Assembly (NCBI RefSeq): GCF_006345805.1
Contig: NC_043025.1
Coordinates: 6,944,001 to 7,008,000 of the forward strand
Reading direction: 5' to 3'
Length of the DNA stretch: 64,000 nucleotides
DNA from: Octopus sinensis
Taxonomy: Eukaryota
Below, piece by piece: positions 1 through 12,110 of this stretch; within the stretch, counting starts at the first letter, position 1, and each line of letters starts with the position of its first letter. Under the pieces are notes generated by a model. The model made no database searches, was not told the DNA's origin, and worked only from the letters and a program-made list of their open reading frames with translations. Both the position numbers and the translations under genes were made by a program.

Positions 1-220
1 ACCCTCGTTGTCGTACCAACGGAGTGCTTCCATACTGGAACTCATGCCTGCATTTACAAGTAATCCACAATAATATTTTAAATTTTGAAATCATATTTAT
101 TTTCTTTTGGCAGATGAATGTTTTTGAAACTGTTTCTAAATCTTTGATCGTCTTTACATCATACTGCCTTACCTGCTATCCTCTGCACCATTTCGGAACC
201 ACTGTCACAGGTGAAAAGAC

Positions 221-905
221 ATCGATCTTTCCGGTTTGACCGGCAGTTTTTTAAAATAATTTTCATGTAACTAAACACTTTTAAACTTCGTATTCTGGTA
301 GAATGTGTTTATAAAACATCTTTTTCTCTTGGCTTTATTGAGAAAATTTCTATGGTCTGTAAGATATTTGGTTGTTTTTTTTCTTCAATTTCTGCAATTT
401 CAACCAATCAATGACGTCTATTGAGGTGAAAACATTCTGTGCCGTATGAATATGTCCCTCATTCAAGAAACAGGGATCTTTTCGGTTTGAATGGCAGTTT
501 TTTAAAATAATTTTTATGTAACTAAACACTTTTAAACTTCGTATACTGGTAGAATGTGTTTATATAAAACATCTTTTTCTCTTGACTTTATTGAGAAAAT
601 TCTATAGTTTATAAGATATTTGTTGTGTTTTTTTTCTGCAATTTCTGCAATTTCAACCAATCAATGACGTCTATTGCGGTGAAAACATTCTGTGCCATAT
701 GAATATGTCCCTCGTTTAAGAAACAGATTGGGTTTATTTACATTTGTGAAGAAAAAAAGATACCCTTCCCCCACCCCTAACCCTAACTCACCCTGACCCT
801 AAAACAGATTGAAATGCAATAGATCGATACCAGGGTCATAATTATGGGTGACAATTTCATATGACACCGCTAGAAAAAACTGCCGTTCAAACTGAAAATA
901 TTTCG
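221..905. mobile_element. Unclassified MITE-like element with an internal 251-bp tandem duplication and CCCTAA motifs
   Basis: About 26-bp imperfect TIRs (...gtttgaccggcagtttttt / aaaaaactgccgttcaaactg); units start at 224 and 475. Confidence 0.6.
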
Positions 906-1109
906 CATTTATTTCAATATTTTGCTTGGGGGGGGGGCATTTCCCTGGACAAACCCCACAGCTAAGAAGCACATAAATAAAATCCATTACATAGGTGACA
1001 TTAGCAATGTTTCCACTATTACAGGTGCGGATAATTCAAAATTTAACACATCAGCATTCAGATTACTCCATCAAATGTAATGCTTATATAATTACATTAT
1101 TATCTCATA

Positions 1110-1271
1110 GGCGCAGGAGTGGCTGTGTGGTAAGTAGCTTGCTAACCAACCACATGGTTCCGGGTTCAGTCCCACTGCGTGGCATCTTGGGCAAGTGTCT
1201 TCTGCTATAGCCCCGGCCGACCAATGCCTTGTGAGTGGATTTGGTAGACGGAAACTGAAATAAGCCCTGTC

Positions 1272-1329
<58 letters not shown>

Positions 1330-1550
1330 ATATGTTTGAGTGTCTGCATATGTCCCCCTAGCATTGCTTGACAACCGATGCTGGTGTGTTACGTCCCCGT
1401 CACTTAGCGGTTCGGCAAAAGAGACCGATAGAATAAGTACTGGGCTTACAAAGAATAAGTCCCGAGGTCGATCTGCTCGACTAAGGGCAGTGCTCCAGCA
1501 TGGCTGCAGTCAACTGACTGAAACAAGTAAAAGGGAGTAAAAGAGAAAGA
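1110..1550 (+). mobile_element. tRNA-derived SINE family S1 (about 400 bp). Other copies: 8083-8490(-), 12184-12590, 13014-13415, 15063-15605, 19862-20250, 20473-20878, 26897-27276(-), 27810-28180, 44540-44948(-), 48935-49245(-)
   Basis: A-box/B-box head (ggctgtgtggtaag...ggttcagtccc), internal (TA/TG)n, and the tail ggcggtgctccagcatggcc...gaaacaagtaaaagag. Resembles octopus tRNA-derived SINEs (recalled, not searched). Confidence 0.9.
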
Positions 1551-2947
1551 GAGTATAGAATCCATTCTGTGTGTGTGTGTGTATGTGTCTTCTAGGATCT
1601 CGGGCATCCTCCATCTGATTGCACTCAAATTTGATATGTAGATACCGACGGTGTCAGTGCGTGTATCAGTCTTGAAAAAATTACAAAAAAAATCGATTCC
1701 AGGTGAGAAAGCGATCGGTAAAGCTGTTGGATATCGTTTTTCTTTGGTTGGACAATCGACTATATGGCGCTGATAGGGGTTGCCTCCTTTAACACCTAGC
1801 ATGCATATTTCAAACACAGTCGATCATTTTTCTTTCTTTTTCTTTTTCTACTACTGTCTGGCACCTGTGTCGGTGGCACATAAAATCACCCACTACACTC
1901 TCGGAGTGGTTGGCGTTAGGAAGGGCATCCAGCTGTAGAAACACTGCCAGATCTGACTGGCCTGGTGCAGCCTTCGGGCTCCCCAGACCCCAGTTGAACC
2001 GTCCAACCCATGCTAGCGTGGAAAGCGGACGTTAAACGATGATGATGATGATGATGTTGAGTGCCAAACAAATTTGCCAAACTCAATTCATCTTGGAAAC
2101 CCTCCATCCGATTGCGCTCATATCTGGTATGTAGATACCGACGGTATCAGGATACTAAGGCGGTGAACTGGCAGAAACGCTAGCGCGCAGGGAAAAATGC
2201 TTAGCGGCATTTCGTCTGCGTTACGTTCTGAGTTCAAATTCCGCCGAGGTCGACTTTGCTTTTCATCCTTTCGGGGGTCGATTAACCCTTTTGTTACCAA
2301 CCCGGCTGAAACTGCCTCTGGCTCTGTAGTACAAATGTCTTATTTTCTGAAGTCTTGAATTAAAATCTTCCACTAAACCTTAGTCACAATTTATGTTCCT
2401 AACATCAGCTGAATGATAACTAAGTTATTTTACTAAATTCTTTGTTATATTCAAAATTAATTGAAAGAAACACAGAGCATCTCAACAGAAATATGGTAAC
2501 AAAAGGGTTAAAGTCACCATGATATTTTTAACCCTTTCGTTACCAACCTGGCTGAAACCACCTCTGGCTCTGTAGTACAAATGTCTTGTTTTCATTAGTT
2601 TTGAATTAAAATCTTCACAATTTATTTTTTAATTAAAATCTTCACAATTTATGTTCCTAACACTAGCTGAATGATAACCAAGTTATTTTACTAAATTCTT
2701 TTCTGCACACATACACGTGAGTACTGTGCAAATCTCCGACCAATCACATACAGCTAGCTGGAATTCGGGCATTTTCATTGGGTTTTGGATAAAAAATTCA
2801 CAAAAAAGTCACTTCTATTGATTTTTAATGGCTTTACGAGGTGACTGGGGAAATGTAAAGATGTGCACAACCACCCTTGGACGGTTTTGAATGACCATAG
2901 AATGTGCGAGCCCTCTTAACTGAAAAATTGTGGATTTTTATAAAGGA

Positions 2948-2992
<45 letters not shown>

Positions 2993-3504
2993 TTTGCCAT
3001 TTATATATATAGTGATTTTAACTATTATGCATTCCACTCACATACACTTATTTCATCATTTTAACTTAGCTTGAGGCTATAGTAGAAGACACTTACCCAA
3101 GCTTCTTAATTCTTTATTGCCCACAAGGGACTAAACATAGAGGGGACAAACAAGGTCAGACAAAGGGATTAAGTCGATTACATCGACTCCAGTGCGTAAC
3201 TGGTACTTAATTTATTGACCCTGAAAGGATGAAAGGCAAAGTCAACCTCGGCAGAATTTGAACTCAGAACCTAACAGCAGACAAAATACCGCTAAGCATT
3301 TCGCCCGGCATGCTAATGTTTCAGCCAGCTTGCTGCCTTCTTACCACACAGCCACACCTGTGCAGAGATGACTACTTGTGCAATATCCTACGGCTTCCTC
3401 AGAGCCATTAAAATGAAGTCTCAGAGCACTGCTTCTTACAGCAGAAACGGCTGTAAGCTAATGTAGGTGATAACAAACAATATATGCACATATGTATGGA
3501 TATG

Positions 3505-3885
3505 GTGGTGGCACTCCGTCAGTTATGATAACAAGTGTTCCACTCGATCAGATCAACAGAACAGCCTGCTCGTGAAATTAACGTGCAAGTGGCTGAGCAC
3601 TCCACGGACATGTGTACCCTTAACATAGTTCTCGGGGAGATTCAGCGTGACACAAAGTGTGACAGGGCTGGCCCTTTGAAATCCAGGTACAGCAGAAACA
3701 GGAAGTAAGAGTGAGAGAAAGTTGTGGTGAAAGAGTACAGCAGGGTTCGCCATCATCCCCTGCCGGAGCCTTGTGGAACTTTAGGTGTTTTTGCTCAATA
3801 AACTCTCACAACTCCCGGTCTGGGAATCGAAACTGCTATCCTAGGACCACGGAGTCCGCTGCCCTAACCACTGGGCCATTTTGCC
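3505..3885 (-). mobile_element. tRNA-derived SINE family S4. Other copies: 9345-9650(+), 26570-26870(-), and a tail at 1-30
   Basis: Head aatggcccagtggttagggcagcgg...tcgattcccagacc; shared body and gtcgtaaccaacggagtg tail. Confidence 0.8.
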
Positions 3886-3989
3886 TCGACATGTATGGAT
3901 ATAAGTAACATATATATACACATTTTCATAGATGTCTGTGCCTAGGTATATGTACATAATTATGTATATACACATACACATACACACAT

Positions 3990-4060
3990 ATTTATTTTAT
4001 TTTTATTTATTTATTTAGTTTCAGCTCACAAGCTGTGGCCATGCTGGGGCACCGCCATTT
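3990..4060 (-). mobile_element. Isolated 3' tail of the CR1/L2-group LINE (another at about 9665-9720, +)
   Basis: Near-identical to 41560-41620 (ggcggtgccccagcatggccacagcttgtgagctgaaact plus A-rich tail). Confidence 0.8.
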
Positions 4061-4186
4061 AAATTATAGGGAGGCTGCCGTGACATACACACACACGAGT
4101 ATCAAGTATTCAAATTAAGTTCAACTAATTTAAAACATTCATTTAGAGAAATACTAACTGGATGTTGCAAATTGCATCAATTCCAG

Positions 4187-4311
4187 ACAAAACTTACCGA
4201 GGCAGAGAATTTCTTAAAAAGCAGGAATATTTGCAGAGAAAGAGAGGAGGAGAAAGGGGAGAGGAATGAGGAGAGAATGAGAAGACACAAAATACATTTG
4301 AGCAAACGCAG
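4187..4311 (+). other. Candidate exon of an unidentified antisense gene (TKLTEAENFLKSRNICREREEEKGERNEERMRRHKIHLSKR)
   Basis: TACTAAC at 4152-4158, no AG until ttccag (4185-4186), purine-rich open frame, donor CAG|gtgaag. Unique sequence among repeats. No homologue recognised. Confidence 0.3.
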
Positions 4312-4485
4312 GTGAAGCAAAAAACTGTAGCAGTTGCATGCCATTTGTGAGAGAACGGAAGAGGAAAACATAGAATTCTAAAATGAAATCTTAAAATTCT
4401 TTAGGTCAAAAGCACAGTCCTACAATGGTTCTATCACAAAGCAACAATGAATATCAGAGGCAGGAACTAGAATTTTTTCCCTTAA

Positions 4486-5195
4486 CCCTTTTGATACCAA
4501 CCCGGCTGAAACCGGCTCTGGTTCTGTAGTACAAATGTCCTGTTTTCATAAGTTTTGAATTAAAATGTTCCATCAAACCTTAGTCACAATTTATGTTCCT
4601 AACACTAGCTTAATGATAACTAAGTTATTTTACTAAATTATTTGTTATATTTAAAATAATTGAAAGAAACACTGAGCATCTCAACAGAAATATGGTAACA
4701 AAAGGGTTCAAGTCACCATGATATTTTTAACCCTTTTGATACCAACCCAGCTAAAACCAGCTCTGGTTCTGTAGTACAAATGTCTTGTTTTCTTAAGTTC
4801 TGAATTAAAATCTTCCACCAAACCTTAGTCACAATTTATGTTCCTAACACTAGCTTAATGATAACTAAGTTATTTTACTAAATTCTTTGTTATATTTAAA
4901 ATAATTGAAAGAAACACAGAACATCTCAACAGAAATATGGTAACAAAAGGGTTGAAGTCACCATGATATTTTTAACCCTTTTGATACCAACCCACCTGAA
5001 ACCGGCTCTGGCTCTGAGTACAAATGTCCTGTTTTCATAAGTTCTGAATTAAAATCTTCCACCAAACCTTAGTCACAATTTATGTTCCTAACACTAGCTT
5101 AATGATAACTAAGTTATTTTACTAAGTTCTTTGTTATATTTAAAATAATTGAAAGAAACACATAGCATCTCAAATTAAATACAGTAACGAAAGGG
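4486..5195. mobile_element. piggyBac-type MITE, three 245-bp modules (also 2286-2702 and 16496-16948)
   Basis: TTAA|CCCTTT...AAAGGG|TTAA-type termini; modules joined by the spacer agtcaccatgatattt. Confidence 0.85.
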
Positions 5196-5544
5196 CTAAA
5201 TTAGTAATCACCCTACTGGCTCGAAAATGAATGTAAACAATGTTAGTATGTTTCTTGTGATATCATGCACGTCGGAGTGGCTGACTGACCGAATCCCAAG
5301 CAGTAATGTGTTGTAGAGCAAGTTAACGATTATTCACACCGTTCCGAATCAATTATGAATTGTCATGTAGGGTTGAAACTTTGATGATGTGATTGTTTAT
5401 TTTTAGAATGACGTTGTTGGGTAGGCGCAAGAGGTCTGCACCAGCTGGTTCAAACATAAAATAGATTTTGGGGTCAGATATGGTTGGCTTAAATGCATTC
5501 AGATTACTCTGTCAAATGTAATGCTTATTCATTTACATAGCCTT

Positions 5545-6465
5545 GAATTAATCCTGCATTATCTCATAGCTTTAAGATTTCAGTGATGTGATTGTTTATT
5601 TTTAGAATGACATTGTAGGGTAGGTGTGAGAGGCTGGATCTGGCTTTGTTTTGAATTAATCCTGCATTATCTCATAGCTTTAAGATTTCAATGATGTGAT
5701 TGTTTATTTTTAGAATGACATTGTAGGCTAGGTGTGAGAAGCTGGATCTGGCCTTGTTTTGAATTAATCATGCATTATCTCATAGCTTTGAGATATCAAT
5801 GATGAGATTGTTTATCTTTAGAATGACATTGTAGGGTAGGTGTGAGAAGCTGGATCTGGCCTTTGTTTTGAATTAATCCTGCATTATCTCATAGCTTTGA
5901 GATGTTAATGATGTGATTGTTTATTTTTAGAATGACATTGTAGGGTAGGTGTGAGAGGCAGGATCTGCCCTGTTTTGAATTAATCATGCATTATCTCATA
6001 GCTCTGAGGTTTCAATGATGTGATTGTTTATTTTTAGAATGACATTGTAAGGTAGGTGTGAGAGGCAGGATCTGGCCCTGTTTTGAATTAATTATGCATT
6101 ATCTCATAGCTTTGAGATTTCTATGATGTGATTGTTTATTTTTAGAATGACATTGTAGGGTAGGTGTGAGAGGCAGGATCTGGCCCTGTTTTGAATTAAT
6201 CATGCATTATCTCATAGCTTTGAGATTTCAATGATGTGATTGTTTATTTTTAGAATGACATTGTAGGGTAGGTGTGAGAGGCTGGATCTGGCCCTGTTTT
6301 GAATTAATCATGCATTATCTCATAGCTCTGATGTTTCAATGATGTGATTGTTTATTTTTAGAATGACATTGTAAGGTAGGTGTGAGAGGCTGGATCTGGC
6401 CTTGTTTTGAATTAATCATGCATTATCTCATAGCTTTCAGATTTCAATGATGTGATTGTTGTATT
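5545..6465. repeat. Tandem array, 108-bp unit x about 8.5, derived from a MITE interior
   Basis: gaattaatc recurs at 5545, 5653, 5761, 5870, 5977, 6085, 6193, 6301 and 6409. Confidence 0.95.
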
Positions 6466-6959
6466 CTACAGGCCAAATGTTGAAATTATAAGCAAATTAT
6501 AACCTATAGGCTAGAGATTGCAATTTTCGGGCAAAATGTTGAAATTATAGTCTTTAGACCAGAGATGGTAATCTATAGGCCAAAATTTTTAACTATAAGC
6601 CAAAGATTACAACTTATAGGCAAAAGAGTGTTATCTACAGACAGAATATTGCTCGTTATAGGCAGGAATTTTGAAACTGTAGGTGAAAGATCCTAACTAT
6701 AGGCCAAAACAAGCACCGAAATTACATATAAAAGATTATAATTTCAGCAAAGCAATTTAGATTCAAAAGAATCTCTAAGATGTTTAGAAAACCTATATGA
6801 AATTTAGCTGAAGAATACTTGACATTATGTGTGCTGTAATATTTGCAGCTTTAAATAAAATGTTTATAGTATGAAACAATTGTACTAAACTACTGATCCA
6901 TTCTTGTTGCTTTATTCTTGGTTATAAAAGATTATAGGCCATTAATGGCTTAATGAGAG

Positions 6960-7415
6960 AGAAGTGAAATCGGAATCGAAATTGAACCAATCCTATGACT
7001 GGCATCCGGCAGATGCCAGGACCCCTGGACTGGAGATACGTAAAAAGCACTATCCGAATCGTGGCCGATGCCAGCGCCGCCTCGACTGGCTTCCATGCCA
7101 GTGGCACATAAAAAGCACCATCCGAATCGTGGCCAAAGCCAGTGCCGTCTCGACTGGCTTCCGTGCCGGTGGCACGTAAAATACACCGATCCGACCATGG
7201 CTGATGCCAGCCTCACCTGGCACCAGTGCAGGTGGCACTTAAAAAGCACCCACTACACTCACGGAGTGGTTGGCATTAGGAAGGGCATCCAGCTGTAGAA
7301 ACACTGCCAGATCTGACTGGAGCCTGGTGCAGCCTTCTGGCTTCCCAGATCCCCGGTCGAACCGTCCAACCCATGCTAGCATGGAAAGCAGACACTAAAC
7401 GATGATGATGATGTA
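6960..7415 (+). mobile_element. SINE-like family S3 with variable internal ~58-bp repeats and a (GAT)n tail. Other copies: 1860-2056, 21830-22146, 23450-24000(-), 47935-48268, 54385-54710(-), 60455-60767
   Basis: Shared ggcgttaggaagggcatccagctgtagaaac block; 3' gttaaacgatgatgat. Confidence 0.85.
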
Positions 7416-8877
7416 TCTTGCCTGTTGCTATGTTCTGAGTTCAAACGATGATGATGATGATGATGATGATGAAAAAGGATAAACATTGTATAATACGTTA
7501 GATAAAGTGTTTATATAATGTCTAATAATGCAATCCTAGTGCAAAGTGTTGATTCAAACCAAGGCTAGTGTTATTTGATCTCCAGAAGCCTGATTTAACT
7601 CTTAATGTCCTCTATGCCACAGTACCATACAGAGACTACATCGGTCAGTCAGTCTTGAAATGTATGATATCATAAAAATGTACTTACCTTGTTTACATTC
7701 ATTTTAACCCTTTGGTATTCACATTATTCTATCAAAACTAATGCTTTTTTTTCATCATCGTTTAACATCCGTTTTCCATGCTAGCACGGGTTGGACGGTT
7801 CGACTGGGGTTTGGGAAGCCAGGGGCTGCACCAGGCCCAGTCTGATCTGGCAGTGTTTCTACAGCTGGATGCCCTTCCTAATGTCAACCACTCCAAGAGT
7901 GTAGTGGGTGCTTTTTACGTGCCACCGGCATGTTGTTTTGAATTAATCAGGCATTGTCTTGTAGTTTGATGAGAGACTTTGATGTGATAACTTGATTTTT
8001 TTAGAATGACCTTGCAGGGTAGGTGTGAGGAGCCAGATCTGGCCAGTTTGAACATAAAGCAGGCAGAAGATTTTGGCTGGATATACTCTTACTCTTTTAC
8101 TCGTTTCAGTCAGTTGACTGCGGCCATGCTGGAGCACCAACTTTAGTCAAGCAGCTCGACCCCGGGACTTATTCTTTTGTAAGCCCAGTACTTATTCTAT
8201 CGGTCTCTTTTGCCGAACCGCTAAGTGACGGGGACATAAACACACCAGCATCGGTTGTCAAGCAATGTTAGGGGGACAAACACAGACACACAAACATACA
8301 TGCACACACACATACATATATATATATACATATATACGACAGGCTTCTTTTCAGTTTCCGTCTACCAAATCCACTTTGGTCGGCCCAAGGCTATAGTAGA
8401 AGACACTTGCCCAAGATGCCACACAGTGGGACTGAACCCAGAACCATGTGGTTGGTTAGCAAGCTACTTACCACACAGCCACTCCTATGCCTATATTAAA
8501 CCACACACATACATATATATATATATACATATATACGACAGGCTTCTTTCAGTTTCCGTCTACCAAATCCACTCACAAGGCATTGGTCGGCCCGGGGCTA
8601 TAGCAGAAGACACTTGCCCAAGATGCCACGCAGTGGGACTGAACCCGGAACCATGTGGTTGGTTAGCAAGCTACTTACCACACAGCCACTCCTGCGCCTA
8701 TATATACTTCTAATATAAAGATTAAATTTTATTGAAAAATTTTATCAAAAGCCAGCATTTGAAAAATAACTTTTAAGGTGAAAATTATGAATACAATTAT
8801 AAATAAAAGTAAAAGAAAAATTTTCTTTGCCAATATGCTGAAAAATAGACACTAAATCATCTAACCATATATATATA

Positions 8878-9295
8878 AAGCAGCCAAATCTCCGTCAAAT
8901 CCTGTCTTATGTATGTAAATATAAGCAAATGAGGGAGACATCTACATGGTAGCTCGACCTGCTAGAAATAGCAGCCAAATCTCCGTCAAATCACACCTTC
9001 CTGTCTTATGTATGTGTTATGTGTATATGAGCTAATGAGGGAGACTTGTCCATGGTAGCTAGACCTGCTAGAAATAGCAGCCAAATCTCCCTCAAATCAC
9101 ACCCTACTGCCTTATGTATGAGCCAATGAGGAAGTCCTCTACATCGTAGCTAGACCTGGTAGAAATAGCAGCCAAATCCCTCTCAAATAACACTGTCTTA
9201 TTTTGCAAACAAATGTATGAGCCAACAAGGAGGATATACAGGTTGCTACACCTGTTAGAAATACCAGCCAAATCTCCTTCAAATCTCACCGTCTT
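8878..9295. repeat. Degenerate tandem array, about 85-100-bp unit x 5
   Basis: gcagccaaatctcc recurs five times. Confidence 0.8.
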
Positions 9296-11100
9296 AAACA
9301 AAAGCCAACCCAAGAAGGAACATCTTCATCATCTTTTTTTACCATACTAAGTTATTAGAATATTTAACTCACGATCGTAAGGTCATGAGTTCAATTCCTG
9401 GCAACGTGTAGTGTCCTTGGGCAAGACACTTTATTTCACATTGCTCCACTCCACTCCACAGTAAATAGTACCCATATTTCAAAGGGCTGATCTTGTTACA
9501 TTCTGTGTCATGCTAAATCTCCCTGAGAACTACATTAAGGGTACATGTGTCTGTGGAGTACTCAGCCACCTGCTCGTTAATTTCACGAGCAGGGTGTTCC
9601 ATCAATTGGATCAACAGAAACCCTTGTCGTCGTAACCAACGGAGTTAGTTACATTTAATAGAGTGTGCCCCAGCATGGCCACAGCTCGTGAGCTGAAACT
9701 AGATAAAATAAAAAAATAATCTAAATACTAAAGGGTTAAGGGAGCAGGGCACATTAGGTAGTGACGAGCTGGCAGAATTGTTAGCTCGCCGGGCGAAATG
9801 CATTGCGGTATTTCGTCTGCCGTTACGTTGTGAGTTCAAATTCCGCCAGGGTCGACTTTGCCTTTCATCCTTTCGGGGTCGATAAATTAAGTACCAGTTA
9901 CGCACTTAATACCTATGTCTGTCCTTGTTTGTCCCCTCTATGTTTAGCCCCTTGTGGGTAATAAAGAAATAAGAAACGTTAGCACGCCGGGCGAAATGCT
10001 AAGCGTTTTTTTGTCTGTCTTTACGTTCTGAGTTCCTAATTCCGCCGAGGCTGACTTTGCCTTTCATCCTTTCGGGGTCAATAAATTAAGTACCAGTTAC
10101 GCACTGGGGTCGATGTAATCGACTTAATACCTATGTCTGTCCTTGTTTGTCCCCTCTGTGTTTAGCCCCTTGTGGGTAATAAAGAAATAGGTAGTGACCC
10201 CCTAGTGGTGTCCTCTTGCTGTTATTCAAATGCTACTTTTAGTGGGTACTGAACTCGAAACTTCTGGGTAAGTTTATTGCTTGCCTACACAGACCACCAG
10301 ATAACCTTGCACAGTTTAAAACTGAGTCTTCTTCCCCCACCACCACCACCATCATCATCGTTTAACATCCGCTTTCCGTGCTAGCATGGGTTGGACAGTT
10401 CAACTGGGGTCTGGGAAGCCAGAAGGCTGCACCAGGTCCTGTCACGTTTAGCAAATTGCTGTATTCCTCTCCTATTCTTTCAATCATTCCTTTTTGCTCC
10501 TAACCACACTGAGCTCATCTCACCTGTCTCTGAAGAGCATTTCATCCTTGCCCTTCTTCTGTGCACCTTGATTCTGCAATGACATAGCAGCCGGCACACG
10601 GACACAATGACAAACCCCCATCTGTTTCTTTATTGCCCACAAGGGGCTAAACATAGAGGGGACAAACCAGGACAGACAAACGGATTAAGTCGATTACATC
10701 GACCCCAGGGCGTAACTGGTACTTAATTTATCGACCCTGAAAGGATGAAAGGCAAAGTCGACCTCAGCGGAATTTGAACTCAGAACGCAACGACAGACGC
10801 AATACGGCTAAGCATTTCGCCCGGTGTGCTAACGTTTCTGCCAGCTCGCCGCCATAACATGACAAACCTTCCATCACCATGTGCCAACTTCTGCGGCATT
10901 TACTATGTACAGAGGTACCATAATTATGACGGTGACATATTTACATTGTATGGTGCTTATACAAAATAATATAACGAGAAGACTAATTAATAAAAAAAAA
11001 TTTTTTTTTAAATTTAAATTCCATTAAATTTCACATTGTATGAAATATGGAAACAGACAGACAAAATTTGCAAATATGGTAAATCATTTCCATTGTAGGT

Positions 11101-12110
11101 GACTCAGAAATTTCCTGAAGATCACCTGGCATGACTACATCATAAATAATGAAATCATGAGAAGAGCTGGCTCGAGTGAACTACATGACACCATCACAGC
11201 TAGATTAAGCATGGAACAAACTGCCGGCATCAGTTGTTAGTTGTCGGAGCACTGCATCCTTCAAAACTTCCATGCTTCCTGAGATCCGCCAACACTACAC
11301 TTGATTTTCTCCCCTCCATACACACACAAGCATGTATCTGACTCATAAATTGTTCGCTTTCCAGACATTTTTACATTACTGCATGTACTTTATACTCACT
11401 TTCTGACAAGTTGTGGTGCACCTGAGCACTGTATTCAATAATTTCATTATTATTATTATTATTATTATTATGCTTACTGGCACGTAAAAAGCACCATCCG
11501 TTCGTGGCTGTTTGCCAGCTCTGTCTGGCACCTGTGCGGGTGGCACGTAAAAGGCACCCACTACACCCTCAGAGTGGTTGGCGTTAGGAAGGGCATCCAG
11601 CCGTAGAAACACTGCCAGATCAAACTGGGCCTGATGCAGCCTTCTGGCTTCCCAGACCCCAGTTGAACCGTCCAACCCATGCTAGCATGGAAAGCGGACG
11701 CTAAATGATGATGATGTAGTCCTAGATACACTATGAATCAAGGCGGCGAGCTGGCAGAACCGTTAGAACGCCGGGCGAAATGCGTAGCCGTATTTCGTCT
11801 GCCATTGCGTTCTGAGTTCAAATTCCGCCGAGGTCGACTTTGCCTTTCGAGGTTGACAAATTAAGTACCAGTTATGCACTGGGGTCGATGGAATCGACTT
11901 AATCGCTTTGTCTGTCCTTGTTTGTCCCCTCTATGTTTAGCCCCTTGTGGGTAGTAAAGAAATATAAATGATGATGATGATGTTGAAGAGACCAACAAGG
12001 ACCGCCATCAAATGGACAGTTGAAGGAGGAAGGAGAAAGAGGGGCAGACTGATGAGGAAGGGCAGCATGAAAACTTGACTGAGACGGCTGTTGAGAAGAA
12101 AGGTGCTGTT
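11101..12110 (+). mobile_element. Ancient RTE LINE 3' fragment, split by later SINE insertions
   Basis: LRNFLKITWHDYIINNEIMRRAG (about 11103-11215) continues as RPTRTAIKWTVEGGRRKRGR (about 11985-12060). Confidence 0.65.
11743..11965 (+). mobile_element. tRNA-derived CORE-like SINE family S2 (about 240 bp). Other copies: 9758-10190, 10620-10852(-), 34415-34825(-), a cluster at 45300-48440(-), 53970-54200(-)
   Basis: Head gagctggcagaa...gagttcaaattcc; central cctttcatcctttcggggtcgataaattaagtaccag. Confidence 0.9.

Noticed and set aside
775-815. CCCTAA telomere-like repeats
   Set aside because: Only a few imperfect units inside a MITE-like element; not an interstitial telomere.
1110-1180. tRNA-like sequences with A and B boxes
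   Set aside because: They are SINE heads continuous with SINE bodies, with no complete cloverleaf.
10524-10573. 50-nt minus-strand exon-like segment (cattgcag|...CAG|gtgaga; NQGAQKKGKDEMLFRD) as the next PBRM1 exon
   Set aside because: No similarity to bromodomain helix B. The true next exon appears to lie outside the window, as do the upstream BD2 exons.
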